54,482 nt of DNA from a virus (lineage: Duplodnaviria; Caudoviricetes), in the IMG/VR virus record IMGVR_UViG_3300025066_000035, positions 1-54,482 of that record. One strand, written 5' to 3'. Made by a program: the position numbers and the translations under genes. The notes beneath the pieces were generated by a model. The model ran no database searches and was not told where the DNA came from. It saw only the letters and a list, made by a program, of their open reading frames with translations. Numbering within the stretch: position 1 is the stretch's first letter; every line of letters begins with the position of its first letter. This document shows positions 37,601 to 46,044 of this stretch, one piece after another.

Positions 37601-39659
37601 CATCGTAGCGGATGCCTCTGATATTTGCGCCCGCAAGATCTTGCTCGGCCTGCAACAGCCTAGGGTCCTGCACGTACATCAAGTCGATAGCATGCTTACC
37701 ACGAGCTTCTACGTTGCCCTTGAAGGTCAAGCCGAACTGCTTGGCAAAGCCAATTCGACGCCTCATCTGTTCCGAGTAGTAAAGCATTTGCTTTCCAGCA
37801 GATGTACCTCGACCAGTATAGCGGATGGTGGTATCAATCATGTGGGGGTCTCTGCCAATGGACTTAGGCACATTTCCCGCTTGGCCAAAGTAACGACCTT
37901 CGTGGATTTGTGCAGCGGTGTAGGTCCGCGTTCCACCAGCCTGCATAACCTCATTCATAGTCTGACTGGCAGCGTATCCATGAGCACGCGGGTCCAGCAC
38001 TGACAAGACCCTAGACTTTAGTTGGGTCTGGCCGTGAGCACTAAAGGCTAGTCCTTGCCCCTGGACCTCTCGCCACAGAGCACCGCCCTTGTGATGCGCT
38101 GAAGCGTACTTGAAGTCTACAATCATGTACTTGTTGGATCCACCAGTAACTGTGGATCCCCACGCCATATTCTCTGCAACTCGACCAGCAGTACTTCCGA
38201 TACCTACGTGCCCAGCGCCAAGTGTTCTGAAGTCATCCAGCCCCATGGTGGCGCGACCTAGCACTTGGCTTTCGCGAGCCGTAATGGGCAGAGTGTTTCT
38301 GTTGATGGCGTCAGTACCATAGGCGTTCTGCAGCGCCTGGAATCCGCTTCCAGCGCTGAAGCCGATGATGCTTCGCCTATCAGCATTGAAGCCAGAGTGA
38401 AGTCTTTTACCACCAGCAGCGCCAGCATCCAGCACGTCATCAGACATCATAGCCAGGTTCGAGATCAGATCTAGCGAAGCATCGGTAGCGAGTCTTCCGA
38501 AGCTGTGTCCGTAAAGCACATTGCTTTGAAGCCGGGCTTGCTCAAGAACATGTCCGCCAAGAGCTGTGTCAGTGAATGCGGCGCGGTCTACGACCATCAT
38601 GGCCTCGCGCATCTCATCCTTGAAGCCCTTCATACCAGCACCGCTCTCGAGGTTCTTTCGCAAGATGTCGATGACGTGGTCTGGCATCTCACGAATAGCT
38701 CGCTGACCCTTCAGGGACTCATAAGTCATATTGCCAGCACCTACATCCATGCTGTGCCTATGAATATCTGTCATGTTTCCAGCTCGTGCTGGAGAAGCGT
38801 ATAGGGTGTTGAAGGATTCGCCTGAACGAAAAAGGAACCCGCGCTGCTCACCGCGGCCACCACCAAGCTGGATAGGTACGCTCGCTTGGTAAGCGCCGCC
38901 CGAAGACATAAGTTGCGCCACATACATATCGCGGCCACCACCCGGAGACTTGGCACTGTGTAGCGTGGCAGACATTCCTTCTGGAAGAGAGCTTTGCAAG
39001 GAATCAAAGCGCTTTCGCAAGGTGCCCTGGAGGGCACCTACGTCAACAGCACTAAAAGCTTGGCCAGACTTGATGTCTCCAAAGTTAGGAACTTGTAGCT
39101 GGCTAGCAACGCTTCTGGAGTAATCAAGGTTTTTGTTCCACTCCATCATCAGTTCATCGCTATTGGTTTCCAGCATGGTGCTGATCACACTGGTGGCTAG
39201 CTCTTTCAGAGTCTTCGGGTTGCTGTTAGACATCAGTTCAGACAGTGAACTCTTTAGTGAGTTCACTGCTTCAGCCCCTAGGCTTGCTGACGGACTCTCT
39301 AGCGTGACACTCATGGTGTGGATCAGTGCGTTGTGTTGCTTAAGTTGTGAGATCATCTGGGCCAGCTCAGGGTTCTTTGCGAGACCCTCGCTAAGTACTG
39401 TTCGCATACCCTCTACTGCTCGGGCTGCAGCTTCGTTTCGGGCGCGCTGATGGCTGCGAGCAGCGCCGCCGATGGCCTGACCAAGCTGTCTGTTGGGCGT
39501 CATTCTGTGCAGTGGGTTAGCAATAGTCTCATTAGACTTTAGTGACGTAAAGCCGTAGTATGCTCCAGCAGCAAGTGGAGCTAGCCCTGCCACGTTCTTG
39601 AGCAGTGACACACCACTGCGAATGCTAGTGCTACCTTCTTGGTCGTACTTAGAAGCCAC
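34611..39659 (-). CDS. Tape-measure-locus protein containing a putative single-chain two-barrel RNA polymerase (candidate virion RNAP)
   Basis: 1682 aa, GTG start. Ordered motifs KQFGLTFKG, GKLAGSSSPR, GRHP, DADGD and EEHVLLKAKH. Hydrophobic helices near both ends; C-terminus similar to that of the adjacent tape measure. The ORF is certain, the RNAP call is an inference. Confidence 0.6.
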   Translation of the reverse strand: MASKYDQEGSTSIRSGVSLLKNVAGLAPLAAGAYYGFTSLKSNETIANPLHRMTPNRQLGQAIGGAARSHQRARNEAAARAVEGMRTVLSEGLAKNPELAQMISQLKQHNALIHTMSVTLESPSASLGAEAVNSLKSSLSELMSNSNPKTLKELATSVISTMLETNSDELMMEWNKNLDYSRSVASQLQVPNFGDIKSGQAFSAVDVGALQGTLRKRFDSLQSSLPEGMSATLHSAKSPGGGRDMYVAQLMSSGGAYQASVPIQLGGGRGEQRGFLFRSGESFNTLYASPARAGNMTDIHRHSMDVGAGNMTYESLKGQRAIREMPDHVIDILRKNLESGAGMKGFKDEMREAMMVVDRAAFTDTALGGHVLEQARLQSNVLYGHSFGRLATDASLDLISNLAMMSDDVLDAGAAGGKRLHSGFNADRRSIIGFSAGSGFQALQNAYGTDAINRNTLPITARESQVLGRATMGLDDFRTLGAGHVGIGSTAGRVAENMAWGSTVTGGSNKYMIVDFKYASAHHKGGALWREVQGQGLAFSAHGQTQLKSRVLSVLDPRAHGYAASQTMNEVMQAGGTRTYTAAQIHEGRYFGQAGNVPKSIGRDPHMIDTTIRYTGRGTSAGKQMLYYSEQMRRRIGFAKQFGLTFKGNVEARGKHAIDLMYVQDPRLLQAEQDLAGANIRGIRYDAVHTSSDMFKKGTGIFTHQLYSSARQHGVSNKALKTAVDRISGGGRFAAGHHGLVAEAMFGQLRSRGVSGGAIGMALAGVYYGAGGVNKTTGLRSGQLSTNQLEAMINTSTMSAGDKKNAISAMRRGLVGFVDTFQFGESIGDWGTARVGTESRFAKTSFERLRGMGMSAEGASNVVSNMYMNKVGFGRHFAMAKEMMDMGRGMTGQRNIIDAFTERGAQRLSWKQMPDALQGGTLSEYLKQQEKGVVLDFSDAPPHMRRAVQQTFGHDTLPLSGKAAFDAAPGTMIKQAGGGTLDISGQYGRLVDGLFSRLSGNKTPGSGDELRKSLKAWQREGIDLMSRTITGLSSGKLAGSSSPRVSAINLNTALGYTDPAREAMSKLFTGTRATPVMGDTTMFLSELYNQGGGFAHKAHQARKFFTGMERTGPRAEALTRASGLIRMSGRHPVMSSGNVFVTQMFRHVKEVGRLGGKDEFFGQFMAAAGDQLDNDLRTLKSFEEVAQLGKAKQRRFFNVLVRNLEKFTGGQGGGTLTVLRANAQTAAGLMDIGLAPQAFMDADGDTAISVTLSKGDSQRVRKLLQNMTPQQMGQELRYRTAMDQFGGMIKGGMTKYGTDILGISAKDPASYAMAIQRENIKKEVNIAMSTGAMDTRLRGAHEAFMEFGGGELPENLMRQRMNRSFLGALEEHVLLKAKHIERHADVAGQVGAGVENLVKNPTEITRENFRALLKEKVVRGQSGAIDIGRITTTGQDAASKNMKSFLDRATATGNLSWNVDSFVDDLFDAAVKYKDAGGTLDFTHGQHTRSALDNPQAYFVHSLAGNSMEYAALREAAGSAQPARISNAFETMKSALSKIDRRMTLPLAVGAGLSMLALGAMGSPGYAATPISVPGEATDPAVADAIARGNLFQGNDPQVTPESMQQEQGYAMMNSPINRGTTYMQRPGAYSIRGNVQHYAGLAEASNMIGQFTGGNAAGSIRINDSRRPITQNYVDRLLGEY

Positions 39660-42600
39660 CGATGTACCTCTCTACTGCGCTGGAAATGTCGTGTTGGCGA
39701 TTGTCGTCATAACCGATCTGTACAGAACTCATTGTACCTGCTGAGGGAGCAATCTGCCAGGAGCCTCGGTTGCCAGGAATGCCAGTCATTCCACGAAGCG
39801 ACAAGTTCAGCGCCATGTTGCCGCCACCCATAAAGTCAGAACTTCCCTCAAGGAAAGGTTGCTGCATACTTTTCTTCAACTGGCTTTCCCACATACCGTA
39901 GTCATGTAGCTCAGCGCCCGTGCGATCTAGGTAGCGAACCTGAATATCGTCAATATCTACATCTTCGTGCCAGCCAATCCAGTCCGGGTTGGGTTGCGGT
40001 CGACCTTCCATGTACCCACGCGCACTAGCATACTGGGCAGCCATGTACTTGTCATCGATAGCCGCTGGGGCACCTGCCCACACGCCAGGGTCGCCAGAAT
40101 CCATTCGAGACCACAAGGCCTTGTACAAGTGCCGCTGATCTGAGGGGACCATCTCCAAGATGCGATGGCGCTCCTTTCCAGAAGCATGAGCGAAGGCGTT
40201 GAAGAACTTACGCTCAGGTCCAGGCAAAGTCCAGTACAAGCCCAGGGGGCTGCCTTGGGGGTTAACACCCTGACGAGTATTAGATGCAGCAAAGCGGTAG
40301 CGTTGAGCTGCCGCGTTGTCGCCTGCTGCACGTGCGCCATCAGCAAGAGACATGTACTTAATGAATTCTAGCTTGTCGAAGTACTCGTTGGTCGCGTCTG
40401 CTTCCTTACGCCACATTGGCGAACCGTCCCAACCCATCATGTGTGCTGCAGAGTAGGCACTCGGGCGCAGCCAGTCGCGCCATGGCTTATCCCAGAAAGC
40501 CATAGGCGTACCGTAGAGACGCTCATACTCGTATTGCTCAATAGGATCTCTGTTGCCCATAAGCTTTTGCACAGGGCGGAAACCCATGGGGACCAAATAC
40601 TCTGCTGGGGCAGCAACGTTTCTGAGCTGACGCTGAGAGAAAGCCCAGGCGCCCCGAGTAGCGCCACTACCGGGCATGCGAACAGCACGCTCATGCAAGC
40701 GATCATCACGGAAGCCGCTAACTACACGACGATGGCGTGCGTCAATCTGCTCCATGTACTCGACTTCTCTCTGAGAGAACGCGCCATCTGCGCGCTTCTT
40801 GTACACTTGCTGCTTAAGCATGTTGTACTCGGGAGACATTGGAGCGACATCAGACATGATGGCATAGCGATGGATGAGCGGATAAGCTTCGGAATCCATT
40901 CCCCGAAGTTCGGGGTGTAGCGCCGCATAGCCAGCGCCTGGGAGTCGAGCCTCTCCCCACTCTACGTTGCGGTATGGATCTCCCCAGTGGAACTTGTCAG
41001 GCAGCCAGCTCGGCATATTGTTTGCCAGCGGATTGACGCGTTCAATCTCGCTTCTGTATCTGGGCAGAATACGTCGAACGAATTCGTTAGTGAATAGCGC
41101 GCCACCCATCTGGCCTTCCCAGAAGCGAACGCGCGCACTGCTCATCAAGGATGCGTCAGCAAGCGTGGGGTTGTCACTACCCCACACATCCTCGCCCGTA
41201 ATAGACTGTTGGATTACATTCTTAGCCCAACCAGTCATACCTTCCAGCTCTCTGAACTGGTAAGAGAGATATGATGCCTGAGACCCAAGACCATAAGGGT
41301 CTTGGGGAATGCCATGGTGAGCGCCGAGCGCCATTGCTGGTTCGCGACGACTTCCCTGGTACACCGAAGCGTACTCCAGACCTCCCTCTGCACCCGGGCG
41401 GATCCATTCACCAGCGTGCATTACTCGTGCAGGCTTGATCAACTTCCCCACAGTGCTGGCGAGCACGCCACCAATGATAGGTACATCAGCAAATGCTGCG
41501 CTACTCATTGGGTAAGGACGGTTCCAGTACTGGCTTTCTTCTAGCTGGTAGGTGAAGTTCTTTCTGAAGAACTTCCCGATGGGAGAGATGGAGTCTTCAT
41601 CAGGTCCCCAGATCCCTGCCTCACGCGAACGGTTCATCATCAAGTGGTACTGATGTGGACGATAGTACTCATCGTCACCACCAGCAAATGGAGTACCACC
41701 AGCTTCCCACCACCTACTCTTCTTGACAGCAATATGCTTCTTGCCAGAGTAGATGTCGCGGAGGTCATCTGAAGTCTCCTTGGACCCCAGGAACCCACCA
41801 GTCAACAACCCATGGGCTGCAAATGCTGCGGCACCAATAGAGCCCCAGCGACCCCAGCGACCCACTCCCGTAGGCAGATTGATGTGGCCCTTCGAACTTC
41901 TTACTGCACCAAAGCCCATGTCTTGGATGCGCTCACGCATAGCCTTGTCGACCCCAAGGTCGGCGCCGAAGAAGCTGTAGTAGGCTTGAGAGGCAGCACC
42001 ACGAACTTCACGCTGGATACTGTCTACAAGATTGTTTCCAGCGTACTTATTGGAGATCTGCTGCAAACGACGCTCAAGTGCGTTGTTTAGTGGGTTGGCC
42101 TTCGCAAACTTCTCGATGTCTCTTTCTGCCTGATACCACTGAGTATTCATCTGACGGAAGAACCCAATGCTGTCTCCACGTCCAGAGAACTGCGAATGCA
42201 GATCTCGCATCATGCGAGTGCGCTGAGCAATGCTTGAGTGAGGCATGGCCCCGCCAGTGCTAAGCCCAGACATGCGCTCCCAGAACCGACGACGTACACC
42301 CTGTGTCGCCTGCCCCACTTGGTTGACAGCGCCAGGATCCATAAGCAGCCCAAGCCGCCCAGGACCAGCGCCCTGAAGGAGCTGTTGGGCAACAGTACCT
42401 CGGGCACTTGGCAGCTGGACGGAAGCTGCACCAAGAGCTGACACAGCAAATAGCGCGCCAGTTTCCCAGTCGGAAGCTCCAGGAGCGAACCCCTCAAGGG
42501 TTCTGCGAAGGTAGTTGAATGGGTTCAGTACGTTGGCTCGGGCAATGTCCATGTTCACAGCAGTGGTAGACATGCCGGCCCAGACCCCCTGATCGAAGCC

Positions 42601-43803
42601 AGGAAGTACCATCTGCCCAAAGAAGCTGGCGACACCAGCCATAGCAGCAGTTCGAGGACTGCTGCCTAGTTTGCCGAGACCGTAAGCGAGGCCACCACTA
42701 ACCAGTCCGCTTGCTAGCATTTCTCCAGGCCAGCTGAAGTTTCTGCGCATCCAGTCTGTTTGCTGGACACCCATGTAGATACCACCCGCTGCTGCTGCTC
42801 GACCACCAAAGCGCGCAAGCATAGCACTAGCAGGGCCGGAACGAACGCCAGGCTGTACTCCAAGAATCTTCTGAAAGGCTTTGCCTCCCTTGTCTCCCAG
42901 AAACTGCTCAGACACTCCAGAGATCAGTCGATTGAATCGATCCATCTCGAACGCAGCGATACCTCTTACGAAGTTAGTTCTGCGACCTAGGTCAGCAACG
43001 CTCTCGATTGCACCGCTCATGGAAGGCATGAACATGAATGGTGCCTGCTGGCTCTTCATGCGCTTGCCAACAGGATCCCAAACGTCTCGGACAAGCAGGT
43101 CTTTGTGCGAGAACTCCCTGCCGTCGCCGCCCAGTACCTTGCTGCCCATATTCGCAGCGTCAAGCATTCCTGTAGCAATACGATTCATGCCCCGCTCTTG
43201 AGTGAGCGGGTTCACGATCTCATGGCCAATAGCTACAAGAGATGCATCTCGGGTAAGCAGCTTCTTGGTTCCACCGGTCCACTGACCAGTCTTGGAATCA
43301 AGGCTGCCTCCAAAAACAGAGTAGAGTTCACCGCTAGTGCGGGTTCCTTTCTGCTGCCACAAGACAGCATCTGCTGCGTTCTCTGTGGCCTTCATGCCGC
43401 GGCTAATGCCTGCAGCCCGTAGTTCAGCCTCTGTCTTGCCTGTAGTGTACTTTAGCCACTCGTAGGTACTTTCTGTCTTTAGGAAGTCCTTTCCCCAGAC
43501 AGTGACACCCTCAACGCCTTCAGAGCCAGTCTTGTAAGCAAGTGAGGTAAAGGGGCTGGCTAGTTCCGGCACTCGGAAGGTATTGAACAGCTGGAACGGC
43601 GAAAGGTTTCCAGCTGTTCTGGAGATAGCTGCGATGTGGTCGATGGGGCGCACGCCCCCAGCAAGGTTCCTTGTAGCTCCATAGAGCCCAATGCCACCAA
43701 GGCCAGCGGCAACGCCCAAAGACATTGCCTGGCTAGATGCTGAGTGATAGGGTGTCGCCTCTTGGTCATTCCAAGTTACGCCACCAAAAGACCTGCCTGG
43801 CAC
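39649..43803 (-). CDS. Tail tape measure protein
   Basis: 1384 aa, Gly/Ala-rich and helical with several hydrophobic segments; directly downstream of the tail chaperones. Confidence 0.7.
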   Translation of the reverse strand: MPGRSFGGVTWNDQEATPYHSASSQAMSLGVAAGLGGIGLYGATRNLAGGVRPIDHIAAISRTAGNLSPFQLFNTFRVPELASPFTSLAYKTGSEGVEGVTVWGKDFLKTESTYEWLKYTTGKTEAELRAAGISRGMKATENAADAVLWQQKGTRTSGELYSVFGGSLDSKTGQWTGGTKKLLTRDASLVAIGHEIVNPLTQERGMNRIATGMLDAANMGSKVLGGDGREFSHKDLLVRDVWDPVGKRMKSQQAPFMFMPSMSGAIESVADLGRRTNFVRGIAAFEMDRFNRLISGVSEQFLGDKGGKAFQKILGVQPGVRSGPASAMLARFGGRAAAAGGIYMGVQQTDWMRRNFSWPGEMLASGLVSGGLAYGLGKLGSSPRTAAMAGVASFFGQMVLPGFDQGVWAGMSTTAVNMDIARANVLNPFNYLRRTLEGFAPGASDWETGALFAVSALGAASVQLPSARGTVAQQLLQGAGPGRLGLLMDPGAVNQVGQATQGVRRRFWERMSGLSTGGAMPHSSIAQRTRMMRDLHSQFSGRGDSIGFFRQMNTQWYQAERDIEKFAKANPLNNALERRLQQISNKYAGNNLVDSIQREVRGAASQAYYSFFGADLGVDKAMRERIQDMGFGAVRSSKGHINLPTGVGRWGRWGSIGAAAFAAHGLLTGGFLGSKETSDDLRDIYSGKKHIAVKKSRWWEAGGTPFAGGDDEYYRPHQYHLMMNRSREAGIWGPDEDSISPIGKFFRKNFTYQLEESQYWNRPYPMSSAAFADVPIIGGVLASTVGKLIKPARVMHAGEWIRPGAEGGLEYASVYQGSRREPAMALGAHHGIPQDPYGLGSQASYLSYQFRELEGMTGWAKNVIQQSITGEDVWGSDNPTLADASLMSSARVRFWEGQMGGALFTNEFVRRILPRYRSEIERVNPLANNMPSWLPDKFHWGDPYRNVEWGEARLPGAGYAALHPELRGMDSEAYPLIHRYAIMSDVAPMSPEYNMLKQQVYKKRADGAFSQREVEYMEQIDARHRRVVSGFRDDRLHERAVRMPGSGATRGAWAFSQRQLRNVAAPAEYLVPMGFRPVQKLMGNRDPIEQYEYERLYGTPMAFWDKPWRDWLRPSAYSAAHMMGWDGSPMWRKEADATNEYFDKLEFIKYMSLADGARAAGDNAAAQRYRFAASNTRQGVNPQGSPLGLYWTLPGPERKFFNAFAHASGKERHRILEMVPSDQRHLYKALWSRMDSGDPGVWAGAPAAIDDKYMAAQYASARGYMEGRPQPNPDWIGWHEDVDIDDIQVRYLDRTGAELHDYGMWESQLKKSMQQPFLEGSSDFMGGGNMALNLSLRGMTGIPGNRGSWQIAPSAGTMSSVQIGYDDNRQHDISSAVERYIGGF

Positions 43804-44528
43804 TATCGTCTCCTACGTCGACCGCTCTTCCTGTGCTCGATCTCTGTCTCCATCTTATCAAGACGTCTTGCCTGGGCGGTAGTAATCTTCTTCTGCTTGG
43901 CAGCTCGCCTATCTAGTTCGGATGGATGCATGTCCAGAGCGTGTCGCTTTTCTCCAACCTCTTTCTGATTAAACTCACGGTTCTCTGCAGCGAAGTCTAC
44001 AGGCCCCTTCTTTGCTGTCTTCGCGGCTTGTTCTGGAGTCATGATCTTGCTGGTGTCGATAGGCTGGTATTCGGACCTATTCATCAACACTGCCTCGGCT
44101 GTAACGAAAGTTCTCAAGAGCTTGGCCCTTGTCCAGGTTTCGAAGACCTCGGGAGTGTAGGAGCTGAATGCCATCAGGACAATGCGCTTCATGACTTCAG
44201 TTACAGAAGTGTCAGCGTAGGCTGCTCTTGCAGCCTCGATCTCTGCACGCTCCTCGCCTACCGAGTCGCCACTGAGATACATGATAAGCTCACCAATACT
44301 CAGGAACGTACCAGCAGGCAGATTGCCATTGATCGCGCGAGCATCACCGACATAACAACGATCGAACACTTCATTGTGAAGCTGCAGAATACCCATGAGG
44401 CCCTGGTCTCTCAGAGAAGAGAAGACCCGGTACTCCTTGAGTGTCAGCAGCCGCCACGTAAACGAAATGCCATCAGGTAGAGTCGTTACGAACAAGCCGT
44501 CGCTCTCGACCAGAAGATCGATATTCAC
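43803..44528 (-). CDS. Tail assembly chaperone (paralogue 2)
   Basis: FTWRLLTLKEY...AGTFLSIGELIMYLSG. GTG start with upstream GGAGG; lies between the tube genes and the tape measure. Confidence 0.65.
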   Translation of the reverse strand: MNIDLLVESDGLFVTTLPDGISFTWRLLTLKEYRVFSSLRDQGLMGILQLHNEVFDRCYVGDARAINGNLPAGTFLSIGELIMYLSGDSVGEERAEIEAARAAYADTSVTEVMKRIVLMAFSSYTPEVFETWTRAKLLRTFVTAEAVLMNRSEYQPIDTSKIMTPEQAAKTAKKGPVDFAAENREFNQKEVGEKRHALDMHPSELDRRAAKQKKITTAQARRLDKMETEIEHRKSGRRRRR

Positions 44529-44540
44529 GACTCCTCCAGA

Positions 44541-45347
44541 TCAGAGCTGTGCAGTCAGAACCATTGCCTGCTGTGGTGTCAGGTGGTAACTGTGCAGCAT
44601 GACAGAATTGTACAGGGTGGGGATTACACCAGCGCGACTGTTGTACCAGAACTTAACGGTAAGCTTCGGCCACAGGATGCAGGACTTTAGGACTTGCTCA
44701 GTCATGTACTCATCAGGGTCCTTTGCCATTCCTTCAATCTGAGACTGCTTGATAGTCGCTGCCTGGATACTCTGGAAGTGCTGACGACGCAAGTAGGTAA
44801 AGACGTAAACGTCACCTTCTCCTAGCGCCATAACTTGTACGCCACCAGGCCCATACTCTTGCTTCCATTTAGCAATCTGGGCCTCTGATGGAGCGCCCTC
44901 GGACTTATGGAGAAGCTCTAGGACTTGTTCCTCAATAGACATTTCTACCTGCTCTTCTACCTGCTCTGGAGCTTCTGTTGCTGCTGCCTGAGCTTCTGCT
45001 GCTCGGCGAGCTTGCTGCTCGGCGAGCTTGCGATCAAGCTCTGCGTTGATTGCATCTAGGTCTTTGGCCACTGGTGGCTCCTGGGGATAAATAGTGTCGT
45101 CTTCACCCGGAAGAGCAACCAATGGGCGCATCTTGGGGTACGGTTCTGTACGAGTTGGACCAGGGAGGGTCGGGGCTCCTTCTGCCAGCTCAACGCCCTT
45201 GGCTTCTGCCTGCTCAACGATCTCTTCGTTGAGTGCATCAACATTCGAAAGAATGTCATCTGCTGATGGCGCCACGGACTTTAGTGTCTGCAACTGTCGG
45301 GGGTTGAGACTTGGAATCTTATCGCTTCTTACTCTTCTACCTGCCAC
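44541..45347 (-). CDS. Tail assembly chaperone (paralogue 1)
   Basis: Disordered acidic N-terminus, then IAKWKQEYG...YVFTYLRR...CILWP...AGVIPTL, in the chaperone position. Confidence 0.65.
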   Translation of the reverse strand: MAGRRVRSDKIPSLNPRQLQTLKSVAPSADDILSNVDALNEEIVEQAEAKGVELAEGAPTLPGPTRTEPYPKMRPLVALPGEDDTIYPQEPPVAKDLDAINAELDRKLAEQQARRAAEAQAAATEAPEQVEEQVEMSIEEQVLELLHKSEGAPSEAQIAKWKQEYGPGGVQVMALGEGDVYVFTYLRRQHFQSIQAATIKQSQIEGMAKDPDEYMTEQVLKSCILWPKLTVKFWYNSRAGVIPTLYNSVMLHSYHLTPQQAMVLTAQL

Positions 45348-45357
45348 TTAAGGCTCC

Positions 45358-46044
45358 TTAATTCGATTGTAGGATGGTGGTCACAGTGACTTCGTCGTCA
45401 ACGGCAACAACTGTACCTTCCTTATATGGGTTTCTTGTTGAGAACACGTCGCGGGCAAAGAACGGGTAAGCCTCGACGATTACTTCCTCATCAATCTTAA
45501 TCACCGAAGACCTGCCCGTAAAATGAACATCTCGTAGGAGAAGGCCTGTTTTACCGGATGGCTTCATGGCGCTCTGGGCGCCAAAGGCGGCGGTGATATC
45601 AATACCGCCTTGAAAGTCGTGAGGGTTCCTAGTTAGATTCAAATACCGATTAGGGTCACTAAGGTCTGCTGAGGCCCAGTACTGAGCCTTCATGTTTTCG
45701 ATGAAGGCAACTGCTTCATCGTAATCTCCTGCGAGAGCAGTGAGATCTGCCTCGTCGCCTCCAGACACGATGGGAGAAGTTTGCTGCCTGGGCGCGGTCT
45801 GACCGAGACCGCGTTGGACTGCTTTGAACAAATAGTCTTGGTGGACGTAGTTGATCAGCAAGGTCCCACGAACAATAACTTGCCCTGCCGCTACAGCATC
45901 GTAGTGCCTGCTGCTGTAACCGTAGATAGGCATCTTGCTGTCGTCAACTTGGTACTGAAGTCCTGCAGCTTCTATCAGAGGCATTCCCTCTGCGTACAGG
46001 ACAACGTTGGCGCCGCAAAAATACTCAAAGCCATACATACTCAT
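45358..46044 (-). CDS. Tail tube-fold protein (tube initiator-like paralogue)
   Basis: YFCGANV, KMPIYGY, GQVIVRGTLLIN and IVEAYPFFARD parallel the tube protein motifs. Confidence 0.7.
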   Translation of the reverse strand: MSMYGFEYFCGANVVLYAEGMPLIEAAGLQYQVDDSKMPIYGYSSRHYDAVAAGQVIVRGTLLINYVHQDYLFKAVQRGLGQTAPRQQTSPIVSGGDEADLTALAGDYDEAVAFIENMKAQYWASADLSDPNRYLNLTRNPHDFQGGIDITAAFGAQSAMKPSGKTGLLLRDVHFTGRSSVIKIDEEVIVEAYPFFARDVFSTRNPYKEGTVVAVDDEVTVTTILQSN

